This document shows, piece by piece, positions 54,671-63,304 of a stretch of 64,000 nt of DNA. Each line of letters opens with the position of its first letter. The stretch's first letter is position 1. The position numbers and the translations under genes were made by a program. The notes beneath the pieces were generated by a model, which did no database searches, had not been told where the DNA came from, and saw only the letters and a list, made by a program, of their open reading frames with translations. This DNA is from a virus. Its lineage: Duplodnaviria; Heunggongvirae; Uroviricota; Caudoviricetes. The stretch lies in the IMG/VR virus record IMGVR_UViG_2938709436_000001, positions 27,717 through 91,716 of that record, one strand, 5' to 3'.

Positions 54671-54888
54671 TGCCTATCGAACTGGTAATTTATTTGTGCA
54701 TCGGCATACTGGCTATGGTCGTTGTACTGGCACTGGAGTGGTTTTGTTGCGATAAGATCACTGGGTCTTCGGTGGGAATAGGGTTGATGATGATCCTGTT
54801 CTGGCCTTTAGGTGTTGTTTGCTTTGTTGGTGGTGGTCTCGCCGCCCTCTGCGATGAAGACTTTGTAATTGTAAGGAGAAAGAAATGA
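54667..54888 (+). CDS. Membrane protein
   Basis: Two TM helices. 73 aa. Confidence 0.45.
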   Translation: MMPIELVIYLCIGILAMVVVLALEWFCCDKITGSSVGIGLMMILFWPLGVVCFVGGGLAALCDEDFVIVRRKK

Positions 54889-55373
54889 AGACACGCATGT
54901 ACTGCGTAGTAAACCAATATATTGCTGGCATTCATGCCGGGATTCAGTCAGCACACGCGATGTCTGAGATGTTCCTTGATTATTCCCAGCGCCGGAACAA
55001 TGCCGGGAATCTTCTCTGGGACTGGGCTGATCGTGACAAGACCGTGATCGTACTCAACGGTGGATATCAGTCTTCATTGCAGGAACTGTGTGAGAAACTG
55101 AAGCCTCTGAGCGGAACATACCCTTGGGCCTCGTTCTGTGAAGAGCAGGAAGCCCTGAATGGAGCGATGACAGCAGTTGCTGTTGTGCTCCCGGAGTATA
55201 TGTATGCACCACAATACGCAGAAGTTGTTGACTTGGTAAAACTACCGGGTTATACTCCTCCTCAGATTGCTAATCAGTATCGTGACGAGATGGGTAACAC
55301 CATCCACAACTATACGCAACCTGAAAAAGACCTGATCACAATGATCAAATCATTCCGGCTAAAAGGAGAATAG
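54885..55373 (+). CDS. Hypothetical protein, possibly PTH2-like peptidyl-tRNA hydrolase
   Basis: N-terminal MYCVVNQYIAGIHAGIQSAHAM resembles the PTH2 VVRTDL.M..GKIAAQC.HA segment. Weak. Confidence 0.3.
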   Translation: MKTRMYCVVNQYIAGIHAGIQSAHAMSEMFLDYSQRRNNAGNLLWDWADRDKTVIVLNGGYQSSLQELCEKLKPLSGTYPWASFCEEQEALNGAMTAVAVVLPEYMYAPQYAEVVDLVKLPGYTPPQIANQYRDEMGNTIHNYTQPEKDLITMIKSFRLKGE

Positions 55374-55374
55374 T

Positions 55375-55560
55375 ATGAAGATTCAAGAATTGCATCGTGA
55401 TGTGATGATAGAGATGGTTCGTGCCGCTGCACAGATCGCCTGCACCGAAATTGAGACTTTGGGTTCCAGCTATAATCGGAATGCAAATTTCTTTGATCTT
55501 GCATTGGCTGATATCGTGGCTGGTGTTGAAAAACGTCTGTTGAAGGAGAAAGCACAATGA
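55375..55560 (+). CDS. Hypothetical protein
   Basis: 61 aa ORF. Confidence 0.4.
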   Translation: MKIQELHRDVMIEMVRAAAQIACTEIETLGSSYNRNANFFDLALADIVAGVEKRLLKEKAQ

Positions 55561-55892
55561 TTTTTACTATCTTTTTGCTGTGGTCCCTGTTCGGTCTTTC
55601 CATTTGCACGTATTCTTGGCTGAAGGGCGAAGACACCGTTGCCGACCCGAAATCATTTGGTGTTTTCTTGGTTCTTGCAATGATTGAGGGGATGATGTTG
55701 GTGACAACACTGATCCCGCCAAGTGCAGGTCTGTTTGCAGGATGCCTGTTCGGTTTCTGGCTGTTCCGTCATCTTCTGGCTGCGAAAGCCATTATTAACG
55801 GCAAGGTTTGCAAAAACAAGAGTCTTGGGTACGGCATCCTGATCAACGCGATTTTTGTAGGCCTGGTTACCATCTCTTACTTTGGTAGTTAA
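55557..55892 (+). CDS. Membrane protein
   Basis: Four hydrophobic helices. Confidence 0.5.
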   Translation: MIFTIFLLWSLFGLSICTYSWLKGEDTVADPKSFGVFLVLAMIEGMMLVTTLIPPSAGLFAGCLFGFWLFRHLLAAKAIINGKVCKNKSLGYGILINAIFVGLVTISYFGS

Positions 55893-56014
55893 TATGAAAG
55901 ACGTTCGTGGTGAAACCCTGAACATTGGTGATGAAGTCTATATTTACTGGGGGTACAATCAGTTGCGCCCCGCAGTGGTAAAACAAATCTCAAAAAATCA
56001 AGCCAAGGTGTTTT

Positions 56015-56545
56015 GTGACGGGTCACTTTCTAAGTGGAAACGTGGCGAGTGACTTTGAGGTACGCTGGAATGCTACCCGCCTTCTGTCTCAGTCGGACGA
56101 TGTTCTGTTACTGGCAGACCTTGGTGTTGGCGACTATGATGATCTGGAGCACTTCGACCACCAGGATGAGGCCAGCTATTATTGCCGTGGATACGATAAA
56201 GACACCCTGCAAGAACGTGCAGTGAAGATCTTCCAGGAGCAAAACGGGTATAAGGCATTCCCTATCAATGCTAACTGGTCTGATAGTCGTAAGCGATTGG
56301 TTACTGAAATGGCAATCAGTCAAGGCCGTACACCAATTACGGTGAAAAAGGCAGCATACCAGATGCTGAAGGAAGAGTTCAACGTGCCAGAGGTTATCAA
56401 CGAAATTGTTGAGTTCAAAGCACTGGATTATCTGGAGAAGTTCCTTGCAAAACACGGTCGTAAGCTGTACAGTAAGCCGAAAAAAGACCTGGAGAACACA
56501 ATCCACATGCTGAAGGTAGCAAAAGGAGAAAAGAATGTCCGATGA
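56015..56545 (+). CDS. Hypothetical protein
   Basis: 176 aa ORF with a GTG start. Confidence 0.4.
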   Translation: MTGHFLSGNVASDFEVRWNATRLLSQSDDVLLLADLGVGDYDDLEHFDHQDEASYYCRGYDKDTLQERAVKIFQEQNGYKAFPINANWSDSRKRLVTEMAISQGRTPITVKKAAYQMLKEEFNVPEVINEIVEFKALDYLEKFLAKHGRKLYSKPKKDLENTIHMLKVAKGEKNVR

Positions 56546-56744
56546 GTACGGCGATGCAAGAGAAGAATTAGGCAAGATGCTTGAGAGAAAAGAGATCATG
56601 GAAGAGATTATTAGCCAGATAGATACCTGTCGATTCTTAAGGGACAAGGAGCCGAAAAATTCTGTTTCGAGGGGCAAGTACAATCTTGTTATCGACACCC
56701 TACTCCATGTTGCAAAAACAATACAGGTAAGGGGTGTTGGATGA
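56535..56744 (+). CDS. Hypothetical protein
   Basis: 69 aa ORF. Confidence 0.4.
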   Translation: MSDEYGDAREELGKMLERKEIMEEIISQIDTCRFLRDKEPKNSVSRGKYNLVIDTLLHVAKTIQVRGVG

Positions 56745-56892
56745 CATACAGCATCTACGGAAGAATGTCTATGGACTCGGCCTCCCGTGAGGGGGCCTGG
56801 TATTGTCTGAAAACCAAGGTTCCTGTTGACAAAACTGCGGAAGTTATGGCACACTATCGGAAAACTTGGCGTTACGTTCAGAGGAGATTAGA

Positions 56893-57150
56893 ATGTTAGG
56901 TTGGTGGAAAAGACGAAAGATGAAGCTTATCGGCACTTCCAGTTGGACTGTCAACTGGACCGACACCGGAGAAAGGGATCGTGGTAAGTGGCTATTTTAT
57001 GAGTCAGAGAGCGGTCGTAGGCACTTTGAGAGTACCCACGTCCCGTCGCTGTTGAGTCGTAGCAGTCTTCCCGGCTATGCGGGGTGCAAGGCGTGGGCCA
57101 GTGGTGCTCCTCGCCCAGAAAGTTTCGAACCAGTAAAGGAGATCCAATGA
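56893..57150 (+). CDS. Hypothetical protein
   Basis: GGAGATTAGA then ATG. Confidence 0.4.
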   Translation: MLGWWKRRKMKLIGTSSWTVNWTDTGERDRGKWLFYESESGRRHFESTHVPSLLSRSSLPGYAGCKAWASGAPRPESFEPVKEIQ

Positions 57151-57395
57151 AACTAAGTGAAATCAAAAAGATTCTCTCAGAATCTCGATCAAACGGTATC
57201 TACTTCCACGACAAAGCATGGGATCAGGGTTTGGGTAGTGTCCGTGGGCTGGCTTACCTTTCAAAAGAAGGCGCTCTATTCATGACTTACCTCCACCCGC
57301 TTAAAAATAAGCGTCTGGTACGACCATTCACACCAGATATGGAGAATATGCTACAACCATCGGACAGTCTGATCATCTGGGAGGGGTCTGTATGA
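57147..57395 (+). CDS. Hypothetical protein
   Basis: AAGGAGATCCA then ATG. Confidence 0.5.
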   Translation: MKLSEIKKILSESRSNGIYFHDKAWDQGLGSVRGLAYLSKEGALFMTYLHPLKNKRLVRPFTPDMENMLQPSDSLIIWEGSV

Positions 57396-57586
57396 AGATG
57401 TCAAGTGGTATGAAGGATTTTTTGGTGGGATTCCCAATCGTACTATTTTGTGCGGTAATTATCCTTTGGTTGATATCTCAACTAGGGCCTGCGGCCCTTC
57501 TTCTGATTGGAGGTCTGGTGTTTCTGGGCTTCATCGGGGCGATTGTTGGCTGTGCCATTCGTGATAATTTCAGGATCTGGAAATGA
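57392..57586 (+). CDS. Small membrane protein
   Basis: Two TM helices. Confidence 0.45.
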   Translation: MKMSSGMKDFLVGFPIVLFCAVIILWLISQLGPAALLLIGGLVFLGFIGAIVGCAIRDNFRIWK

Positions 57587-57745
57587 CCGAACAAGAACAT
57601 CGTGTAAAGAGAGCGCAAGAGCTTCGGCTGGGTATTGAAAACACACTCTTCTTGGGTGCGGCTTTCAATTTCTGGGAGGATCGTGTAAAGGTGGCAGATA
57701 TGGTCAACGAACTTCACAGAATGGCTATAGAGCCACGGGAGGACA

Positions 57746-57994
57746 ATGCAAAGTCGTGATTATCGTGAACTCCTGAAAGAAATTCACGGGGAATCAATTG
57801 ATAACTGGTATCTGCCTGAAGAGGCGTGGGGAAAAGAGGGCAATATGGGTGGCGAAAGCATTTTAGAGTTTATTAACCACGAGGTCTGGCGAGATACTGA
57901 TACCGGGCAGTGGCGATTCCAGGACAAACACTTCAAGCGAGAAGGTCAGGCGCGTAAAGCTGCACGTCTTTACTTTCGCAAGAAATTCTCCTGA
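57746..57994 (+). CDS. Hypothetical protein
   Basis: 82 aa ORF. Confidence 0.45.
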   Translation: MQSRDYRELLKEIHGESIDNWYLPEEAWGKEGNMGGESILEFINHEVWRDTDTGQWRFQDKHFKREGQARKAARLYFRKKFS

Positions 57995-58034
57995 TTTTGT
58001 GATAAAATAAAGGTTTACAAATAGGAGAAAAGCA

Positions 58035-59186
58035 ATGTTTGAGATGATGTTAGCTGGGGGAAAGGCCCCAGTACCGACAGGGAATATTAAGAAATTCGAT
58101 GCTGGTGACGCTGGTATCGTTGCCCTGTCAACGTCTGGTAATCTGTACACAATAGGCAACCAGTATTTTAGTGGCACAGGAGGCACAACAACAGCCTGGA
58201 GATTATTATCTGCGGGTGTTGAGGACTTCTGGGTCGGATTCCGTGCAGTCCTTTTCAAAATGATTGATGGGCGATGGATGTTTATGGGTAACAACTTTAT
58301 GTTCCCGACAGCACTAGGATCTATCATCACTTCCCCGGTGGATGTCTCTGCGTACATGACATATACGGCTGGACTAACTATCAAGGAAGTCTCCATAGGT
58401 TACAACTCTCTCGCAGTGGTGTTCACGAACGGACAGTACGCGATGTGCGGTTGGAACGGGAATGGCGGCCTTGGTCAAGGAAATACAACAACCGTCAGGC
58501 AATTGACCATGAGGACTGACTTCACTAATGTTAAGAAGATCACCTTTGACTGGGGAAGTTTAGACACCTCGTATATGCTGTTAAACACAGGGGATGTGTA
58601 TGTCACCGGGGTATCTGACTCAGGGCAGGCGGGGATAACGTCATCTGCTGTTTTGACATGGAGATTGCAGTCTTCGGTAACTACGGTACTTGATATTGTT
58701 GCAGGTACAAGCGGTTGGTTCAGGGTTGTGGAGACAGGATCTGCCTATGTCTTGTACGCCCAAGGAAGACAATTCGATGGTAGTTTGGGAACGGGTTCAA
58801 CTTCAGCGGCTAACTACCTAAACCCGACTGCTGTTGCACCAAACATTACCGATAAGTCGAAGGGGCCACCAAAGCTGTATGTTGGGCTGTACTCTGCACG
58901 ATATCTACACCCGACTGGTCGTGTTTATTACACGGGGACAAGCAGTGGGAACATCCAAGGAGATGGTGCAATAAGCCAAGCCATTAAGTATTCCTTCACA
59001 GCACTTGGTACTCAGGTTTTAGATGGTGAATATCACGCCACGCGTGGTGCTTACAAGGCCGCATACCTTCTGATAAACGGAACCTTATATGGGACAGGCC
59101 AAGACACCACCACAGGATTGCTTCCTGGTCTTGGAACAACAAGGGTTTACACTTTCGTACCGCTGGACACAACAGCAATATCTTAA
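58035..59186 (+). CDS. RCC1-repeat (beta-propeller) protein
   Basis: Repeated units including YAMCGWNGNGGLGQGNTT and YAQGRQFDGSLGTGST. AGGAGAAAAGCA RBS. 383 aa. Confidence 0.55.
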   Translation: MFEMMLAGGKAPVPTGNIKKFDAGDAGIVALSTSGNLYTIGNQYFSGTGGTTTAWRLLSAGVEDFWVGFRAVLFKMIDGRWMFMGNNFMFPTALGSIITSPVDVSAYMTYTAGLTIKEVSIGYNSLAVVFTNGQYAMCGWNGNGGLGQGNTTTVRQLTMRTDFTNVKKITFDWGSLDTSYMLLNTGDVYVTGVSDSGQAGITSSAVLTWRLQSSVTTVLDIVAGTSGWFRVVETGSAYVLYAQGRQFDGSLGTGSTSAANYLNPTAVAPNITDKSKGPPKLYVGLYSARYLHPTGRVYYTGTSSGNIQGDGAISQAIKYSFTALGTQVLDGEYHATRGAYKAAYLLINGTLYGTGQDTTTGLLPGLGTTRVYTFVPLDTTAIS

Positions 59187-59187
59187 T

Positions 59188-59212
59188 AAAGGCCCTTCGG
59201 GGCCTTTTTTGT
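59188..59212 (+). terminator. Rho-independent terminator
   Basis: aggcccttcggggcct followed by tttttg. Confidence 0.7.
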
Positions 59213-59214
59213 TC

Positions 59215-59243
59215 TTGACAACACATTAAATAGCTGTTACGCT
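59215..59243 (+). promoter_or_regulatory. Sigma70 promoter
   Basis: TTGACA - 17 nt - TACGCT, directly after a terminator. Confidence 0.45.
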
Positions 59244-59270
59244 CCTCTTAGACAATAAAAGGAGACACTA

Positions 59271-59387
59271 TGGACACAATTTTAACAATAATCTTCCTGC
59301 TCGTTATGGTAGGTGTTGGTTTACGAGGCCTGCCCTTCTGGGCGTGGGTTGTTTTGGCACATGAATCTAAAAGGAGAGATCGATGAA
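59271..59387 (+). CDS. Small membrane peptide (38 aa)
   Basis: AAAGGAGACACT then ATG. MDTILTIIFLLVMVGVGL... Confidence 0.35.
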
Positions 59388-59577
59388 GTATGAATATCGG
59401 GTTATCACCGGGATAAATGAAGAGGGTAAAGAAATTTTCATATCTCAGTACAAACCTGTGTGGTGGCCTTTCTGGATAAAAATCTGTTGCTATCCTCGCG
59501 AAGAATGGTCTATAGAGGAAATGGAGGCCAAGAAAAAGATACATACCTTTAAAAGCAAGGTCGTTCGCTTAGGTTAA
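59383..59577 (+). CDS. Hypothetical protein
   Basis: 64 aa, AAAGGAGAGATCG RBS. Confidence 0.45.
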   Translation: MKYEYRVITGINEEGKEIFISQYKPVWWPFWIKICCYPREEWSIEEMEAKKKIHTFKSKVVRLG

Positions 59578-59625
59578 TACTTGCTGCCGTCAGGCAGCGC
59601 CGCAAAAATCCAATAGGAGATTTTC

Positions 59626-59823
59626 GTGAAAAATCCGATTTATTTTAAACAGATGTACAGCACAGACCGAATCTCAGTAGACCTCGGTGCGATCACCTTG
59701 GTCACTGAGATGTCTGCAACGAATTCCTGCTTTCTTAAAATTAAAGGCATGGAAGAAGAGCTTGAAGTAGGTGAAGAATATGATGTGGTAATGGACCGCA
59801 TTCGTTTGTACGCTCAAGAATAG
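59626..59823 (+). CDS. Hypothetical protein
   Basis: 65 aa, ATAGGAGATTTTC then GTG. Confidence 0.4.
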   Translation: MKNPIYFKQMYSTDRISVDLGAITLVTEMSATNSCFLKIKGMEEELEVGEEYDVVMDRIRLYAQE

Positions 59824-59831
59824 GAGAAGGG

Positions 59832-60077
59832 ATGAACATTTTTATTGACGAGCGTCGTGGAACGCCGATTACCCAGGAAGAGCGCGAGTGGATCGAGAAA
59901 GAGATCCGTGAACTCGAAGCGTACCGTGCAGATGAGGATGCGCTAGCCGCTGAAGCGCAGTCTATGAGGGAAGAAGGCATGTCAGCCTTTGATCGGGACG
60001 TGATCATCATGTGCATTGATGCCGATATCTTCGGAATGAAACGAACCCTCGAACAGGGTCGTGTTATTTTGTGGTAA
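59832..60077 (+). CDS. Hypothetical protein
   Basis: 81 aa, TAGGAGAAGGG RBS. Confidence 0.45.
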   Translation: MNIFIDERRGTPITQEEREWIEKEIRELEAYRADEDALAAEAQSMREEGMSAFDRDVIIMCIDADIFGMKRTLEQGRVILW

Positions 60078-60082
60078 TCGCT

Positions 60083-60111
60083 TGACAGCCAGTTACGACT
60101 GGCTTAAAATC
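60083..60111 (+). promoter_or_regulatory. Sigma70 promoter
   Basis: TTGACA - 17 nt (contains the inverted repeat gccagttacgactggc) - TAAAAT. Confidence 0.5.
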
Positions 60112-60149
60112 TTCACATACAAAACAAATCCATAAAGGAGAAAAGAAAC

Positions 60150-60317
60150 ATGCAGACAGCTACACTTATTGCATTCGCCCTGAACCTCGTTGCGGCGGTA
60201 ATCAATACCAGCCTCGGTATTCAAGGCAAGTCCTCGTTCAATGCTTACCTCGCCATGTTCAACTGGTTCCTGACTGGAGCATTTCTGACAGCGCTGGCGC
60301 AGGAGGCTGGATTCTGA
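60150..60317 (+). CDS. Small membrane protein (55 aa)
   Basis: AAAGGAGAAAAGAAAC then ATG. Two hydrophobic helices. Confidence 0.4.
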   Translation: MQTATLIAFALNLVAAVINTSLGIQGKSSFNAYLAMFNWFLTGAFLTALAQEAGF

Positions 60318-60457
60318 TGAAAGCTCATCGCTGGAACAGACCAAAAACTAAAAAGATGACTGACACTCAGTACCTGTTCGGTGTGCTTGGGGTGATTATG
60401 TGTGCAGTGTCATTTATTTGTGTTTGGTTACTCATCCTGGCGGCAGCATTATCATGA
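60317..60457 (+). CDS. Small membrane protein (46 aa)
   Basis: Start overlaps the upstream stop. One TM helix. Confidence 0.3.
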   Translation: MKAHRWNRPKTKKMTDTQYLFGVLGVIMCAVSFICVWLLILAAALS

Positions 60458-60564
60458 AGCCGATGAGCGAGTACCTCTTGTGCTTCCTGTACTTCGTTAT
60501 GGCCTTTGCCATTGGAAGCATGGTATGGGGCTTCTTTATTTTCTTTACAAGTTGAGGAGAAAAC

Positions 60565-60792
60565 GTGAAAGTAAAAGTAACACAGCAGAATAAAACGATG
60601 GTCACCCTGTCCTCCCTTGACCCTGGTGATGGGTTCATATTCGACGGGTATCCGTGTATTGTTGGTGAGTCTCTGATCGGAAACTACAACGGGTTTGTGA
60701 CCGCATTCGATCTGCGAAATGCCAAAATTATCGCAATACCAGAGTTGCAACAGGTGCAGTTGAGTCAGATCAGTGTGGAGTACACGGTATGA
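60565..60792 (+). CDS. Hypothetical protein
   Basis: GAGGAGAAAAC then GTG. Confidence 0.45.
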   Translation: MKVKVTQQNKTMVTLSSLDPGDGFIFDGYPCIVGESLIGNYNGFVTAFDLRNAKIIAIPELQQVQLSQISVEYTV

Positions 60793-61019
60793 ATACTCTC
60801 GATATGCACACTAAAGAATTTCAGGCTTGGTGGATTCGCCAGACCCGGTTCCAGTTAACCTCTGAGATGATTGAGGCGGGTGCAGGTTGGTGTGCCTGCC
60901 TTATCGAAAGGCACAACATCAAAAGCACAGCAGGCAAACTTCGTGGTATTGACCCGTACTGTTCCGGATGGAATGCTGCTGTCGAATTCATACTCCTGTT
61001 TGGTGAGGCTGATAAATGA
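60789..61019 (+). CDS. Hypothetical protein
   Basis: 76 aa ORF. Confidence 0.45.
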   Translation: MNTLDMHTKEFQAWWIRQTRFQLTSEMIEAGAGWCACLIERHNIKSTAGKLRGIDPYCSGWNAAVEFILLFGEADK

Positions 61020-61201
61020 CAGCGCTGATCCCTATGTTGTGGGCCTTGTGGCTCCTGATTTCTGTAAGTGCAGTCTTCGAATGTGTAGGCTGGCGAAGCA
61101 TGGTGCAATTCTTCCCCGAAGGTCGTCGCTGGTGGATGTTACCTTTGCAGTTGCTGACGCTCTTCAACTTCGCTATGTGTGTTTTGTTCAACCCATTCTA
61201 A
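61016..61201 (+). CDS. Small membrane protein
   Basis: Two TM helices. Confidence 0.4.
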   Translation: MTALIPMLWALWLLISVSAVFECVGWRSMVQFFPEGRRWWMLPLQLLTLFNFAMCVLFNPF

Positions 61202-61214
61202 CCAGGAGACCGAT

Positions 61215-61643
61215 ATGATAAAACACTGTCATAATTGCAGTGCCTGTTGTGAGGTCATTGCCATAGATAACATCACACACGAAGAGTTCCACGAGAAGGT
61301 TCGCACCGGGAGAGTTTCTGCTATCCACGGAGAGATGATGAAGCCCCTCTCCAGAGATGAGGCCTACAAACGGAATCCCCTGGTGGTCACAGGTCGTGAG
61401 GAAGTGGGTAAAGGCACAAACCACTTTACCAGCTACTTCACCTGCACAAAACTGAAAGACAACAAGTGCTCTATGTACGAGGATCGTCCGTACATGTGTA
61501 GCGGATATCCGTTCTACGACAGAGTAGAAGTCAACACACAATCTCATGCTGATCTTTGCAGAACGCAACTCAGCAGGAAGGACACTCCGTACTCCCCAAC
61601 ATGTACGTATGTTCCTACGCTGATCGCAGTACGAAACATTTGA
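61215..61643 (+). CDS. Cysteine-cluster protein (putative zinc / iron chelating domain)
   Basis: CHNCSACC ... CTKLKDNKCSMYEDRPYMCSGYPFYD. CCAGGAGACCGAT RBS. Confidence 0.45.
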   Translation: MIKHCHNCSACCEVIAIDNITHEEFHEKVRTGRVSAIHGEMMKPLSRDEAYKRNPLVVTGREEVGKGTNHFTSYFTCTKLKDNKCSMYEDRPYMCSGYPFYDRVEVNTQSHADLCRTQLSRKDTPYSPTCTYVPTLIAVRNI

Positions 61644-61652
61644 CCCACACAA

Positions 61653-61683
61653 CAAGGGAGCCTGAAGAGGCTCCTTTTCTTTT
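61653..61683 (+). terminator. Rho-independent terminator
   Basis: ggagcc-tgaaga-ggctcc followed by ttttctttt. Confidence 0.65.
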
Positions 61684-61707
61684 ATCTAAAGTGGCACATC
61701 AATTCCC

Positions 61708-61736
61708 TTGACCTGAAGAGGCACGTCGATTATACT
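61708..61736 (+). promoter_or_regulatory. Sigma70 promoter
   Basis: TTGACC - 17 nt - TATACT. Confidence 0.55.
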
Positions 61737-61766
61737 CCTCTCATACCAAACAAACGGAGATACGAA

Positions 61767-62051
61767 ATGTCCACCAAAGAAGAAATCGCAATGACAAAAT
61801 GGAACGGCAGCGTTCCGCAGATCCACGTACCAGACATCGCAAATATTCCTGTTCTGGAACACCACATTAGCACAGGTGTAGCGGTATTCCTCCTCGTAGT
61901 GATTATCACTATGTTTGTGGTGTCATTCGGGTTCTGGAATCGTTGCTTCCGAAGTAATGTTCGCTCACACCGTGCTGTGTACGCACTCGCTGGCCTATTT
62001 TCCTCTTTTGTGGCTGGACATCTCATCTGGTTTACAATCACCAACTGGTAA
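61767..62051 (+). CDS. Membrane protein
   Basis: Two TM helices. 94 aa. Confidence 0.5.
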   Translation: MSTKEEIAMTKWNGSVPQIHVPDIANIPVLEHHISTGVAVFLLVVIITMFVVSFGFWNRCFRSNVRSHRAVYALAGLFSSFVAGHLIWFTITNW

Positions 62052-62175
62052 GGAGATATTTTATGACCGGACTTGAACTATTAACCCTGGGTGCGTGGGC
62101 GAGCTTTTCCCTCATTGGTTGTGTTGGTTGGGCGATGTGGGTCTGTCTTGGTCCAGTGACTGAGAAGGATTAACT

Positions 62176-62358
62176 ATGGAAATTGTAGTGTTTATGGTCC
62201 TGCTGTTGGTTGTTGCGGTCCTTATCGGATTGGCCCTCTGGGTGTTTTTGAGTAACGATGACGATGATGACGACACACCCTCTTCCGGTTCAGGAACCAC
62301 CAATACTGCCATGCTGTTGACCACACAACAGGCTATGGTTGTCACCATGATTTTATAA
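62176..62358 (+). CDS. Small membrane protein with a poly-Asp tract
   Basis: TM helix followed by DDDDDDTPSSGSG and a second hydrophobic segment. Confidence 0.4.
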   Translation: MEIVVFMVLLLVVAVLIGLALWVFLSNDDDDDDTPSSGSGTTNTAMLLTTQQAMVVTMIL

Positions 62359-62368
62359 GGAAAACACG

Positions 62369-62608
62369 ATGAAACAGCACGAGTTCAAAATAGTCCACGA
62401 CACAGCTACAGATGTGTGGTACGCCTATGTCAAGGTTCCATTCTTTTTCTTCTGGTCTGTGTGGAGACACGTCCCAAAGGCAGACCACGGGATCTGGCAT
62501 GAATTAAAATTCTCCTCAGAGCAGGATTGTCTGAAAGGAATTGAGAAGTGGAAGCGAGAGCATTCGCCATGCTATATCCGTTATCAAACGACACATCTTA
62601 CAAAATAG
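62369..62608 (+). CDS. Hypothetical protein
   Basis: 79 aa ORF. Confidence 0.45.
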   Translation: MKQHEFKIVHDTATDVWYAYVKVPFFFFWSVWRHVPKADHGIWHELKFSSEQDCLKGIEKWKREHSPCYIRYQTTHLTK

Positions 62609-62619
62609 GAGACCACAAC

Positions 62620-62847
62620 ATGTTATTTTTCAGTAAAGAGGTTGTCAACACCATCCTGAAAGAGGCACACCAGGAGTTATCCAGAGTAGAAGATGCCCTT
62701 CTCGCACTGCACGATCAAGGGTACAGCATGTGCTCTGACGAGTTCGTTTCTTTGATGGGTTACCGCCGGGAGATGAAGGACTCGATAGACGCTCTGGAGA
62801 AGAAGTTTAAGAGGTTGGGTTTGATTGAGAAGATACTGAAGAAATGA
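62620..62847 (+). CDS. Hypothetical protein
   Basis: ATAGGAGACCACAAC then ATG. Confidence 0.45.
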   Translation: MLFFSKEVVNTILKEAHQELSRVEDALLALHDQGYSMCSDEFVSLMGYRREMKDSIDALEKKFKRLGLIEKILKK

Positions 62848-63134
62848 CTTTCCAGAAGGTTGTAAAAGCGCCTGCAAAACGGGCGCACATAAAGAACTAC
62901 CCACACAAAAAGTCTAAAGAGCGAGGCCGAAGAGTGAAGTGGTTGTTGGACTATACAAAATCACTTCTTGGGGTTATCCTTATAAACAGTGGAGACCTGA
63001 AGTTGCACTTCTACGAGCAGTTGAGAGCCACACAACAAGAGCTTAGGGAACTCGATGCTTACGATAGTCGGGTGACTGAGTTAATGATTAGGGAAGTCCG
63101 GTTCGAACATAACAGATTCCATCATCGGTGGTAG
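62844..63134 (+). CDS. Hypothetical basic protein
   Basis: 96 aa ORF. Confidence 0.45.
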   Translation: MTFQKVVKAPAKRAHIKNYPHKKSKERGRRVKWLLDYTKSLLGVILINSGDLKLHFYEQLRATQQELRELDAYDSRVTELMIREVRFEHNRFHHRW

Positions 63135-63155
63135 CATAGCTCCCACACATAAGGG

Positions 63156-63184
63156 TTGACCTGAAGGGTCAGCCCTGTTATATT
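63156..63184 (+). promoter_or_regulatory. Sigma70 promoter with no obvious downstream plus-strand CDS
   Basis: TTGACC - 17 nt - TATATT. The next gene is on the opposite strand. Confidence 0.45.
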
Positions 63185-63267
63185 CATTATACGCCACATC
63201 TCCTGAAGCGGGAGGATACAAACACCACCCCTGCCCGTTATAGTGTACAAAAATTTAATATAATGAG

Positions 63268-63292
63268 GACATAATAAAACCTCACGAAGGAG
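63268..63292. terminator. Bidirectional hairpin terminator
   Basis: aaacctc-acgaagg-gaggttt flanked by T-runs on both strands. It follows the stop of the minus-strand gene 63305..63973. Confidence 0.5.
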
Positions 63293-63304
63293 GTTTTCTG
63301 TGAA

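Noticed and set aside
56108-56854. 248-aa minus-strand ORF 56108..56854
   Set aside because: It overlaps three plus-strand ORFs that have RBSs in an otherwise strictly plus-strand operon. It is Leu / Ser / Cys / Val-rich antisense-like and has no RBS. Kept as unlikely, but not impossible.
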